A stretch of 64,000 nucleotides of DNA from the NCBI RefSeq assembly GCF_030028105.1, contig NC_092382.1:27631792-27695791 (forward strand), in the 5' to 3' direction. Below the pieces are notes generated by a model. The model saw nothing but the letters and a program-made list of their open reading frames with translations, did not search any database and had not been told where the DNA came from. This DNA is from Mobula birostris (taxonomy: Eukaryota). The position numbers and the translations under genes were made by a program. Of the stretch, positions 50,868 through 62,900 are shown piece by piece; positions within the stretch are counted from its first letter, which is position 1, and each line of letters opens with the position of its first letter.

Positions 50868-53838
50868 GGGAAAAAAAAGATGAGATGTCAGAGGAAGAAG
50901 TGTGGGGGTTGGAGGGGTGGAAGAAGTGGTAGGTGATAGGTGTAACTGGGAGAGGGAGAGTAGTGAAGGAAAAAACTTCTTAGGATCTAATTTCCTTAAC
51001 GATTCTCCAAAGATCATTGCTAATGCATCCACATCTTTTCAGCCACCTCTTTCAGATCCCTGGGGTGTGCACCATCTGGTCCAGGTGACCTATTTACCTT
51101 CAGACCATCTCTGTTTCCCAAGAACCTTCTCCCGAGTAATGTAACTTTACACATTCTGACCACTGACCTCTGCGAGCTCCATATTGCTGCCAGTGTCTTG
51201 CACAGATATGAGTGATGTTCAATACTGAATGGAGAGACAGGGTCCTTTTTCTCTTTACTTTGGTAACCATACAGTCAAAATGAGAATTGTAACGCTCAAT
51301 CATTTCATTGTACATTGTGTACTCTTTGTTATTTCAGCTGTCACGTATTCTGTGATGGAAATGAAGAACCAGCAGAGATGGAAAACACTTTGAAGTCCAG
51401 TATTGTTGGAAACTCATAATATTTATCTGTAACTATGCAATACAGTATTATAAATGTAGATAAATCTAACAGGTTAGTAATGATTATGTAAAAGTAAGTG
51501 TGGAATATATATGTATGAAAAACCAAGCTTCTTTCATTCTAGCAGTAAAACGATACAGTTTTACAGGAACTTCAGCAATAGCTTGGACCTTGGCCTGTCC
51601 GGGAGCCAAGTGGCCTCGGCCCAACGTATAACACAGACATGTACGAACAACTGTAACATGGCCAAACTCACTTTTAGTGAGGTTCACAGTAAGACTGGCC
51701 TTGGAAAATCTGTCAAACAGTTTTTCTACAGCTGCAATCTGCTCTTCCCACGTGTCATTCAAGACCAATAAATCACTGATATAAGCCCCTGTGTTTACTA
51801 AACCTCTAATCACAGAATTGATCATTCTTTGAAATGTCCCAAATGCTGATTTCTCTTTAGCCCTCTCTGTTAAGGGAACACCCCAGTATTCTTTTAACAA
51901 GTCAAACTTTAAAAGGTATTTAGCCTTCCCCACTCTATCAATACAGTCATTCATTCTCTGTCCTTGTTCTTTCCTATTTCTAATTTCTTCAACCATTTTC
52001 CTTTCTTGAAAGTTCTCTCTGTCAAGGTACCATTTCATGGGCTGGGCTGAATTCACAATGACGTGATGCACTGCACCTGTGTTCTATTTCAAAATGCCAA
52101 TTAGTCCTTTCGCTAGTTGTTGTGGTCTAGGGTCCAACTGATGGACCTTATCAGTCATATTTTCCAAAACAATGGAATTCTGACATCTGAGTGAGAATAG
52201 ATTCAGTGGGTAAACATGTTTTTCCACTCCATTATCAGATTCCATGACTCCATTTTGTTCCATAACAATTCTCCCAGCTGCAATTCTAGCAAACAAGTGT
52301 TTTATTTTAATTCGACCATTTTGTAAACTTTCCTTTGCAAGGACACAAAGCTTACTAAATTTTCCCAGAATTTTAAAACAACTTAAACACACTGACGGAT
52401 TTTTCTCAATCAGACCATAGTTCTCTGAGTAGGGTCAAACGTCCTTTTGGCCTGTAACTCAATACAGGTTTCAACAAACTACCCTCCAAAGCCTTCTGAA
52501 TCGAATCTCCAACAATAAATAAGAGGAGGGGAACCCCTTCATCCCAATTTTTCCCATTTCTCACACAATATGTTTTAATCATCGTCTTAAGAGTTGAGTT
52601 GAGCCGTTCCAAGGCTCCCTTGGACTCTTACATCTGTAGATGACACCATGTGCTTAGCTTCTAATTCTGTAGCTATCCCCTGCAATGTTCTCAAAGTAAA
52701 CTTACAACCCTTTTTAAATCAAATTGAATTTCTTTGGGCAGACCTACCAGTGAAGAACTTACTGAATGCTGTTACCACAGTCTTGGCCAGGGTGTTTTCA
52801 AAAGACACTACTTCAGGGGACCTAGACACAGCACACATGATTGTTAACACATACTGATGACCAGCTGCAGTCTTTTGCAATGGGCCTACACAATCCAGTA
52901 TGACCCCAGGAAAAAGATTCACTAAAAGCAGATACCGGTTTAAGTAGTGTTACCTGAATAACCTGATTAGATTTCCCCTCCACATGACAGGTATGGCAAA
53001 TCCTGTAAAAATTCACAACATCCTTCCTTGAACTAGGCCAGTAAAATTCCTTCATAATCCTGTTCACTGTCTTTCTCACTCCATGAGGTGCACCTAAAGG
53101 CACACTGTAAGCCATGTTTAAAATTTCAGCCCTGTAAACTTTCAGAACCATCATGTGACTTGCAGGCACAGTGGCTGGTCTCCACCTCCTCATCAACACC
53201 CCATCTTTATGGTAATATCCCACTGACTCTCTCTGAACCTCTTCTCCTATGAGAGCTACCTCCCTTAAAGCCGCCATTCCAGAATCTCCCTTCTGTTCTC
53301 TATAAATACCTTCCTCAATAAAGACAAGTCTTTCCCATACACCTTACTCTCAAAGTCCTGCCGAAATCTGGAAGGTAGAAAAGTCTGTGATACATCATTA
53401 TAATTTAAACCTCTGGTTTTCCTACCGTAGGCCTCAACAGCAGCTCTGCTCATCAGCTGAATTGCTGAAACACTCTTATCGTGGAGAGCTGTCAACATGT
53501 CTCCATTGTTTACTAAACTCAGCACCATCATCAGGCTTATGAGAACCATGTATACATTATGGAAGAGACCAAACAATCCGTTCATCAAATTTCTCCGACT
53601 TATCTCCATAACATTACACTGAATTAGCTTGCAGGTGCTGAAGTATCCAAACAAAATTCCAGAGTAGCACATCATTGCTCGGCAGGCCTTTGTCCTGCAA
53701 GCAGGGTCAAAGGTCACGCAACCAATCCAAACTTTTCCGCAAACAACAGGAGTTCTGCAGATGCTGGAAATTCAAGCAACACACATCAAAGTTGCTGGTG
53801 AACGCAGCAGGCCAGGCAGCATCTGTAGGAAGAGGTAC

Positions 53839-53874
53839 AGTCGACGTTTCAGGCCGAGTCCCTTCGTCAGGACT
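53839..53874 (-). ncRNA. Minimal type I hammerhead ribozyme motif
   Basis: AGTC-CTGACGA-AGG-GACTCGG-CCT-GAAAC-GTC-GACT. Confidence 0.72.
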
Positions 53875-54388
53875 AACTGAAGGAAGGGAGAGTAAGGGAT
53901 TTGAGAGGGGGAGGGGGAGATCCAAAATAATAGGAGAAGACAGGAGGGGGAGGGATGGAGCCAAGAGCTGGACAGGTGATAGGCAAAAGGGCATACGAGA
54001 GGATCATGGGACAGGAGGTCCGGGAAGAAAGCCGGGGGGGGGAACCCAGAGGATGGGCAAGAGGTATATTCAGAGGGACAGAGGGAGAAAAAGGACAGTG
54101 AGAGAAAGAATGTGTGCATAAAAATAAGTAACAGATGGGGTACGAGGGGGAGGTGGGGCCTTAGCAGAAGTTAGAGAAGTCGATGTTCATGCCTCCAACC
54201 TGATGATTCCCCCTCCCCCCCCTTGTCTTTCTTCCCGGACCTCCTGTCCCATGATCCTCTCATATCCCTTTTGCCAATCACCTGTCCAGCTCTTGGCTCC
54301 ATCCCTCCCCCTCCTGTCTTCTCCTATCATTTTGGATCTCCCCCTCCCCCTCCCACTTTCAAATCCCTTACTCTCTCTTCCTTCAGTT

Positions 54389-54424
54389 AGTCCTGACGAA
54401 CGGTGTCGGCCTGAAACGTCGACT
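54389..54424 (+). ncRNA. Minimal type I hammerhead ribozyme motif (stem II weakened)
   Basis: AGTC-CTGACGA-ACGGTGTCGGCCT-GAAAC-GTC-GACT; predicted cut after 54420. Confidence 0.6.
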
Positions 54425-54759
54425 GCACCTCTTCCTACAGATGCTGCCTGGCCTGCTGCGTTCACCAGCAACTTTGATGTGGTTTGCTATCTATCTATCT
54501 ATTTATTTATTTATTCTCTCTTTCCCTATCACAAATACTCCTTGCCTGTTCTCCATCTTCCTCTGGTGCTCCCCTTCCCTTTTCTTTCTTCCAAGGCCTT
54601 CCATCCCATGATACTCCGCCTTCTCCAGCCTCGTATCCCTTTTGCCAATCACCTGTCCAGCTCTTGGCTCCATCCCTCCCCCTCCTGTCTTCTCCTATCA
54701 TTTTGGATCTCCCCCTCCCCCTCCCACTTTCAAATCTCTTACTAACTCTTCCTTCAGTT

Positions 54760-54795
54760 AGTCCTGACGAAGGGTCTCGGCCTGAAACGTCGACT
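54760..54795 (+). ncRNA. Minimal type I hammerhead ribozyme motif
   Basis: AGTC-CTGACGA-AGG-GTCTCGG-CCT-GAAAC-GTC-GACT; predicted cut after 54791. Confidence 0.75.
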
Positions 54796-57108
54796 GCACC
54801 TCTTCCTACAGATGCTGCCTGGCCTGCTGCGTTCACCAGCAACTTTGATGTGTGTTGCCCAAACTTTTCCAGCACTTTATCCAAAAGTCCAGGAACAGCA
54901 CTTTTCCCATTATTTTCAGCAACACTGACCTCACCAGAACCCACTTCTTCACCAGCCTTTAAACCACGGTCTAATACAAGTAACTGAGAATCCTCACATT
55001 CCACCGGTACCAAGGTTAACCCCTTATTCACTGAACCAAGATCATCTGACACACAAAAACTGCATTCCTTTTCAACCAAGTCAGGCACCTCAGATTTTAA
55101 CTGAGCTTCAACATAAGGTTCAGAACCCTGTGAATTCACAGGTACTTCCACAACCTGAACACATTAAATCGGGACAGCTGCCTCTTCTGGGCTGTCATCA
55201 CTTGTCCCAGTTTCAAATTCAAGGTCACCCCGAACCTCCCAGCTATTCTCTGGCAAACTCTTTTTGGGTGTAAACTCAACCTCGTGGGTTAAAACTTCTT
55301 CGTCTGCTTTCTTATCAAACCCCTGCAGGGTAGCGGCATCCTCTGCATCAGGGTATGACCTTACATCATCAAGAACACAACTTTTCAATTCATCACACAA
55401 AACAAGCCCTTCCGAGCTGTAAAAATCATCAGGGTCCAACACTAAACCTCTTTGCTGCAACTTCCCTATCTTTTCCAGCTTGAACCGCTTCTGTTTGTCG
55501 TCTGCCACCTGATCTTCACATTGCCATATCTCCATCTCGGCTGTCTCTGTCTTTCTGCCTCTTCTCTCTGTTTTTCTACCCTTCTCTCTGTCTTGCTGCC
55601 TCTTGTCTACATCTTGCTGCCTTTCTAGCCTCTCTTGAGCTGTTTTAATTTCAATTCATGCTCCATTCTTAATTTTTCCAACAGAAGCTGAAGCTCATCC
55701 TCAATACTAACATCCATTTCTGCTGTATCTCCACACAACCAAATAAAACGAGATTTTCCCCAATCAATTCAAACAAGCCTCCCAACCAATTTTGTTCATG
55801 ACACTGACGCAGGCCCCAATTTTGCAAGAGGTCCAGGGTTCATATCCCCGGACGAGCCCCAATTTTGTACACGTAGCCCATGACGGGAATAAAGAACCAG
55901 CAGAGATGGAAAACACTTTGAAGTCCAGTATTGCTATAAACTAATAATATTTATTAGTAACTACGCAATACAATAATATAAATGTAGATAAATCAAACAG
56001 GTTAGTAATGATTACATAAAAGTAAGTGTGGAATATATATGTATGAAAAACCAAGCTTCTTTAAGTCTAGGGGTAAAAAGATACAGTCTTACGATGATGA
56101 GTAAAGTTCAGTTCAGTTCAGTTCATGGTATTGAGTTGAGTAGTGATGGAGAGAGAGAGGGGGAGAGATTTGAGTCTTCAGGTGAGCTGATGACGTTGAT
56201 CTTCTCGTTGTCCTTTGAAATCCTTTAAAAGTCACCGACTGTGACTTTAACAAAGGGACCGGTTTTCTGTGGTGGAGCTATCCCCCAGGCAAGGGTGGAC
56301 ACATGGACAACTCCCCACGAGTCAACCCTTTTCCTCTTTCCACTGCAAGAGCGATGGATCGATCTGCCTGATCGATCCTCCAAAACCCACTTTACCTGCA
56401 GGCACAACAATGCTCATTCAGTGTCCAAACATGTGTCTGAGGTCTATCATCTGACCTACTTTATCTTCCCGTGCTGAGCGTCAACTATCATTCAAATAAC
56501 TCTTCTATCCTCTCCCTGTGAAAGAAATCCAAGCAGGCAAAAATCCTTGAAGAAAGTGTCAACAACCTGCCAAAAATCATGACATCAAGTGTCCATTAAA
56601 TAATACCGCCTTCGGTTACAATTGCAACTTACGAGCTGCTCGGTGCTTTCTCCAACTCAGCAGAATGCCTAAAGTTAACGAGTTCTTTCTCGTGCCTTAA
56701 AGTGACAGTCCCACAGTTAGTCTTTGTCTCTCTCTCTTTCAAAACAAGCTATCGATGTTAAATAACTCTCTCTCTCTTTTCAAAAGCACAGTTAATAGGG
56801 GTAATCGAACACAGTTCATAGGGGTAATTCAGGACCCTGTCACACAGGGTACCGATTTGTAACAGGGGACACATCATGCAGCATCCACCCAAATGAGATT
56901 TCTGAAGTTGGGCCGGGCTGGGGGGCTATCACTGCCTATATTACGCTGCCAGCCGAAGCGCGACTTAGATAAGGTTAGATGACCGCGTGAATCGCTTCCC
57001 ACATTCGCAGCAGGTGAACAACCTCTCCCCAGTGTGAACTCAATGATGCACATTTGGTTGACACGGCTGACAGAATCTCTTCCCAAAGTCTGAGCAGGTG
57101 ATCAGCCT

Positions 57109-59574
57109 CTACCCATTGTGAACTTGCTGGTGTCTCTGCAGTTGAGATGACCAAGTGAATCCCTTCCCACAGTCTGAGCAGGTGAATGGCCTCTCCCCAG
57201 TGTGAACTCGCTGATGTCTCTGTAGGTGGAATGAGCAAGTGAATCCCTCCCCACACACAGAGCAGGTGAACGGCCTCTCCCCAGTGTGAACACGCTGATG
57301 TACCTTCAGATGAGATGACTGTGTGAATCCTTTCCCACACTCTGAGCAGTTGAATGGCCTCTCCCCAGTGTGAACACGCTGATGTCTCTGTAGGTGGAAT
57401 GAGCAAGTGAATCCCTTCCCACAGTCTGAGCAGGTGAACGGTCTCTCCCCAGTGTGAACATGCTGATGTACCTTCAGTTCAGATGACTGAGTGAATCCCT
57501 CCCCACACACAGAGCAGGTGAACGACCTCTCCCCAGTGTGTACTCTCTGATGTACCTTCAGATGAGATGACTGTGTGAATCCCTTCCCACAGTCTGAACA
57601 GGTGAATGGCCTCTCCCCAGTGTGAACTCGCTGATGTACTTTCAGTTGAGATGACTGAGTGAATCCCTTCCCACAGTCTGAACAGGTGAACGGCCTCTCC
57701 CCAGTGTGAACTGACATGTGTACCAGTAGGCTGGATGACTGAGTGAATCCCTTCCCACAGTCTGAACAGGTGAACGGCTTCTCCCCAGTGTGAACTGACA
57801 TGTGTACCAGTAGGCTGGATGACCGAGGGAATCCCTTCCCGCAGTCTGAGCAGGTGAACGGCCTCTCCCCAGTGTGAACTCTCTGATGTACCTTCAGTTG
57901 AGATGACTGAGTGAATCCCTTCCCACAGACGGAGCAAGTGAACGGCCTCTCCCCAGTGTGAACTCGCTGATGTACCTTCAGTTTAGATGAGCAAGTGAAT
58001 CCCTTCCCACAATCTGAACAGGTGAATGGCCTCTCTCCAGTGTGAACTCGCTGATGTACTTTCAGTTGGGATGACCGAGTGAATCCCTTCCCACAGTCTG
58101 AGCAGGTGAACGGCCTCTCCCCAGTGTGAACTCGCTGATGCACCTTCAGTTGAGATGAGCAAGTGAATCCTTTCCCACAGACTGAGCAGGTGAACGGCCT
58201 CTCCTCAGTGTGAACTGACTTGTGTATCAGCAGTTCGGATGACACAGTGAATCCCCTTCCACATTCTGAGCAGGTGAACGGCCTCTCCCCAGTGTGAACT
58301 CGCTGATGTACTTTCAGTTGAGATGACTGAGTGAATCCCTTCCCACAGACTGAGCAGGTGAACGGCCTCTCACCAGTGTGAACTGACTTGTGTACCAGCA
58401 GTTGGGATGACCGAGTGAATCCCCTTCCACATTCTGAGCAGGTGAACGGCCTCTCCCCAGTGTGAACTCGCTGATGTACTTTCAGTTCAGATGCCTGAGT
58501 GAATCCCTTCCCACAGTCTGAGCAGGTGAATGGCCTCTCCCCAGTGTGAAGTCGTTGATGCAACTTCAGCTTAGATGATCCAGTGAATCCCTTCCCACAG
58601 TCTGAGCAGGTGAACGGCCTTTCCCCAGTGTGAACTCTCTGATGCACCTTCAGTTGAGATGAGCATGTGAATCCCTTCCCACAGTCTGAGCAGGTGAATG
58701 GCCTCTCCCCAGTGTGAACTCTCTGATGTATTTTCAGTTCAGATGATGTAGTGAATCCCTTCCCACAGACTGAGCAGGTGAACGGCTTCTCCCCAGTGTG
58801 AACACGCTGATGTACCTTCAGTTGGGATGATCCAGTGAATCCCTTCCCACAGTCTGAGCAGGTGAACGGCCTCTCCCCAGTGTGAACTCTCTGATGCACC
58901 TTCAGTTGAGATGAGCATGTGAATCCCTTCCCACAGACTGAGCAGGTGAACGGCCTCTCCCTAGCGTGAACTCGCTGATGTACCTTCAGTTTAGATGAGC
59001 AAGTGAATCCCTTCCCACAATCTGAGCAGATGAATGGCCTCTCCCCAGTGTGAACTCGCTGATGTACCTTCAGTTTAGATGAGCAAGTGAATCCCTTCCC
59101 ACAATCTGAGCAGGTGAATGGCCTCTCCCCAGTGTGAACTCGCTGATGCACCTTCAGTTGAGATGAGCAAGTGAATCCCTTCCCACAGACTGAGCAGGTG
59201 AATGGTCTCTCCCCAGAGTGAACTGACTGGTGTGTCAGCAGATCGGTTGACCAAGTGAATCCCTTCCCACAGTCTGAGCAGATGAATGGCCTCTCCCCAG
59301 TGTGAACTCGCTGATGTACCTTCAGTTTAGATGAGCAAGTGAATCCCTTCCCGCAGTCCGAGCAGGTGAACGGTCTCTCCCCAGTGTGAACTCGCTGGTG
59401 TGTCAGCAGATTGTATGATTGAGTGAATCCTTTCCCACATTCCGAGCAGATGAACGGCCTCTCTCCAGTGTGAACTCGCTGATGTACCTTCAATTTAGAT
59501 GAGCAAGTGAATTCCTTCCCGCAGTCCGAGCAAGTGAACGGCTGCTCCCCGGTGTGAACTCGCTGGTGAGACAT
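57109..59574 (-). CDS. Tandem C2H2 zinc-finger protein D, 29 fingers
   Basis: 821-aa uninterrupted ORF of 28-aa repeats; acceptor at 60050. Confidence 0.94.
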   Translation of the reverse strand: MSHQRVHTGEQPFTCSDCGKEFTCSSKLKVHQRVHTGERPFICSECGKGFTQSYNLLTHQRVHTGERPFTCSDCGKGFTCSSKLKVHQRVHTGERPFICSDCGKGFTWSTDLLTHQSVHSGERPFTCSVCGKGFTCSSQLKVHQRVHTGERPFTCSDCGKGFTCSSKLKVHQRVHTGERPFICSDCGKGFTCSSKLKVHQRVHARERPFTCSVCGKGFTCSSQLKVHQRVHTGERPFTCSDCGKGFTGSSQLKVHQRVHTGEKPFTCSVCGKGFTTSSELKIHQRVHTGERPFTCSDCGKGFTCSSQLKVHQRVHTGERPFTCSDCGKGFTGSSKLKLHQRLHTGERPFTCSDCGKGFTQASELKVHQRVHTGERPFTCSECGRGFTRSSQLLVHKSVHTGERPFTCSVCGKGFTQSSQLKVHQRVHTGERPFTCSECGRGFTVSSELLIHKSVHTEERPFTCSVCGKGFTCSSQLKVHQRVHTGERPFTCSDCGKGFTRSSQLKVHQRVHTGERPFTCSDCGKGFTCSSKLKVHQRVHTGERPFTCSVCGKGFTQSSQLKVHQRVHTGERPFTCSDCGKGFPRSSSLLVHMSVHTGEKPFTCSDCGKGFTQSSSLLVHMSVHTGERPFTCSDCGKGFTQSSQLKVHQRVHTGERPFTCSDCGKGFTQSSHLKVHQRVHTGERSFTCSVCGEGFTQSSELKVHQHVHTGERPFTCSDCGKGFTCSFHLQRHQRVHTGERPFNCSECGKGFTQSSHLKVHQRVHTGERPFTCSVCGEGFTCSFHLQRHQRVHTGERPFTCSDCGKGFTWSSQLQRHQQVHNG

Positions 59575-59905
59575 TAGGTCAGATGATCGAGTGAATTCTT
59601 CCCAACAAGTTCAGCCGATGACCAGCCCCTGCCCAGGGTGAACTGACTGGTGTGTCCACAGATGGAAAGACCGACTGAATCCCTTCTCACACACAGAATA
59701 GGTGAATGGCCTTGTCCCAGTGTGTACTTGCTGATGTACCTTCAGTTGAGATGACCGATTGAATCCATTCCCACAGTATGATCAGATGAATGGATTCCCC
59801 TCTGTGTAAAATGACGGGAATGCCAATCGGTCTGATGATCCAGAGAATCACTCCCCATCATCTGAGCAGGAGGGATGATTGAGTGAATGCCTTGTTCCAC
59901 TTCTT

Positions 59906-59971
59906 CAGTTGTATGGTGCAACTGTAACGAAAACCAATTTCCCCCGGGATCAATAAGTATGACTATGACTA
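59906..59971 (+). mobile_element. 66-bp LINE 3' tail inserted in the 5' part of the ZNF D exon
   Basis: AATTTCCCCCGGGATCAATAAG + (ATGACT)n tail; absent from copies A, B and C. Confidence 0.7.
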
Positions 59972-62900
59972 TTAAATATCTGGACGGAGACAGCAAAACT
60001 GGCGTGTTCTGTTCGAGAGTCCAGTAGACAAATTCCTTGTCATTTTTAACCTGTAAAAAGATTTACAAAATCCATCAATCAGTGTTGGAAAACCTTTCAG
60101 ATGAGGTCACTTGAGTTGTCAAAGTGTATTCTGGCATCACACTGCTACAGTAAAGTTCAACCCAAGCTGGAGAGAGAAATCATCTTCTAACTGGGTACAG
60201 AGCTGGTATCTGGAATGATCATCAAATTCTCTGATGCTCTTCCTGTCTCTCTAAGAATGCGGCATTTCTGCCATCTCCAATCTGTGACCTGACTCAGTTT
60301 GACTCTCTCCATTGGTATTATTCCCTGTTCCCACTGAGCTGCATGGGTGCCTAGCCCCACAGTAACTGGTACACTCTCACACAAATAGCCGGCAGTGAAT
60401 TCCACACACCCACCACTCTCTGTGTGACAAACTTACCCCTGACATCCCCTCGGTATCTATTTCCAAGCACCTAAAACTATGCCCCCTCGCGTTAGCCATT
60501 TCAGCCCTGGGAAAAAAACCTCTGGCTATCCACATGATCAATGCCCCTCATCATCTTATACATCTAAAAAAGGCTCTAAACATAAACAAGGAAAGTACAC
60601 ATTGCTTTGAGGATTGGAAAGAAGTATACAAAATTATGAGGGTATAGACAGGGTAAATGCAAGCAGCTTTTCCCACTGAGGTTGGGTGGGATGACAACCA
60701 GAGGTCATGGGTAAGTGGGGAAGGTGAAAATTAAACAGAAACATTTGGAAAAGCTCTTTACTGAAATGGTCGTGAGAGTGTCAGCACAAGTGGTGAATAT
60801 GAGCTCATTTTCACCATGTAAAAGAAGTTTGTATGGGAGCCTGGATGGTCGGGGTATGGAGGACGATGGTCCCAGTGCAGGTAGTTGCATTAGACAGCTC
60901 AAATGTTTTTTTTGGCATTGACTAGATGGGCCAAATAGCCTGTTTCCATACTGAACTTCTCCATGTTTCCATGACAGAGCAGCTGGCCAAACTTGTTTGG
61001 AAGGGAAAAGGTAGGAGTGACAATGGAGCAGCAATGGCTGGAGTTTCTGGGAGCAATTCGGGAGTTGAGTGATCGATACATCCCAAAGAAGTGAAAGCAT
61101 TGGAAAGGCAGGAGGACACAATTGTGGATGAAATGAGAAGCCAAAGCTAACATAAAAGCCATAGAGAGGGCAAACAAAAGAGCAAAAACTATTGGGAAAA
61201 TTTTAGAAACCTGCAGAAGACAACTAAAACAAGAAGTCGGATGAGCTCGGGGGGGTGGAATTATGATATTGTAGTCATTAATGAGTCTTGGTAGCACCCA
61301 ACAGTCTGAGGCATTTAGAGGAACAAAATATCCGGAGACTCAATATCTCTTGAAAACCAAGGTTCCCTGCAGCAGTTACCTTTCAACTTTTATTTTGGCA
61401 GGCACATACAAACTCTACACCCTCAGAATTTCACTTCTGAAGGCCTCCCACTTACCAAGTACTCCTTTGCCAGAAAACAGCCTGTCCCAAACCACACTTG
61501 TCAGATCCTTTCTGATACCATCAAAATTGACCTTTCTCCAATTTAGAATCTCAACCCGTAGTGCAGACCTCTCTTTTGCCATATTTACTTTGAATCTCAT
61601 GGCATTATGATCACTAATTTCGATCATCAGCCCTGGATCATTTCCTAACAGCTCATTGCACACTTCTATGTCGGGAATTCTACGAACTGATTAAGGGCAC
61701 ATTTGGCAACCTCTACCCCCTTGACAGCTTTTACAGTATGGGAGTCCCAGTCAATATATGGAAAGTTAAAATCACACCTTTGTTTCTTGGCATGGTCTGC
61801 AATCTCTCTACAAATTTGTTCCTCTAAATCTCTCAGACTGTTGAGTGCAACCAAGTCCCAATAATGGCTACAATATCATAATTCCCTGTCCTGAGCTCAT
61901 CTGGCTTTCCTACGATGCTTCTTGCATTGTGATATACACAGCTCAGCACATTCATCGCTCCATGCTCAACCATTTGATTGCTGACTCTGTCTGAGGTCTG
62001 AACAACATCTGACTGGTGTCAAAAAAACAAACTCTCCCTCGTTGTCACAAAAACAAAGGAGCAGATTGTGGACGGCAGGAGGAATGGAGACAGGCTAACC
62101 TCTATTGACATCAGTGGATCTGGGGTTGAGAGGGTGAACAGCTTTAGGTTCCTCAGCATAAACATCACCGAGGATCTCACATGGTCTGTACATACCGGCT
62201 GTGTTGTGAAAAAAGCACACCAGCACCTCTTTCACCTCAGACGGTTGAAGAAGTTTGGGATGGGGCCCCAAATCCTAAGAACTTTCTACAAGGACATAAT
62301 TGAGAGCATCCCGACTGGCTGCATCACTGCCTGGTATGGGAACTGTACTTCCCTTAATCACAGGAACCTGCAGAGAGTGGTGCGGACAGCCCAGCGTGTC
62401 TGTAGATGTGAACTTCCCACTATTCAGGTTATTTACAGAGACAGGTGTGTAAAAAGGGCCCAATGGACATTGGAGTCCCAATTCACCACAACCACAAACT
62501 GTTCCTGCTGTTACCATCCAGGAAACGGTACCACAGCAAAAGGACCAACAGGCTCCGGGACATCATCTCCCACCAGACCATCAGACTGATTAATTCATGC
62601 TGATACAATTGAATTTCTATGTTATATTGACTGTCCTGTGTACAAACTATTTATTATAAATGACTATAAATTACACATTGCACATTTAGATGGAGATGTA
62701 AAGATTTCTACTCCTCATGTATATGAAGGACGTATGCAATAAAGTCAATTTCATTCAATTCACCCTCTCCACTATCTGTTCTGTCATTCTGTCTCCCATT
62801 TCCCCTACAACTTATTTTAACCACATCACCCTCTCCCCACACTAGCACTAGCGAGCCTCACCACTGGGATATTAGTCCCCTCTTGTTCTGTTCCTCTAAC

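Larger units (their letters stand above)
53739..54858. mobile_element. Penelope-like non-autonomous insertion: one inverted + two tandem terminal repeats, 12-bp TSD
   Basis: TSD CCAAACTTTTCC at 53727-53738 and 54859-54870; GIY-YIG C-terminal relic GMNIDFSNF on minus near 54190. Confidence 0.88.
51339..56844 (-). mobile_element. Gmr1-like Gypsy LTR retrotransposon (gag-like, integrase, then RT), internally deleted
   Basis: 5' LTR 55866-56844; PBS-Pro TGGGGCTCGTCCGGG; IN zinc motif (HGVRKT..FYWP..CHTCH) and core (DCVGPL, ERLNSTLK) upstream of RT (KFDLLKEYW, TFQRMIN, AYISDL); truncated 3' LTR 51339-51530; TSD CAGC/CAGG. Confidence 0.85.

Noticed and set aside
53675-54987. Long ORFs across the PLE repeats (148-214 aa)
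   Set aside because: Low-complexity purine/pyrimidine repeat, open on both strands, with no protein motif apart from the short GIY-YIG tail
55846-55862. tRNA-Pro gene
   Set aside because: Only the short 3'-end match, positioned as an LTR primer-binding site
4056-57937. Alternative-frame ORFs (MLRLWEGIH.., MGRDSL..) overlapping the ZNF genes
   Set aside because: Shadow frames of the repetitive finger codons
3763-59574. 84-bp tandem repeats as CRISPR-like arrays
   Set aside because: They are in-frame C2H2 finger units with no unique spacers and no cas genes, in a eukaryotic context
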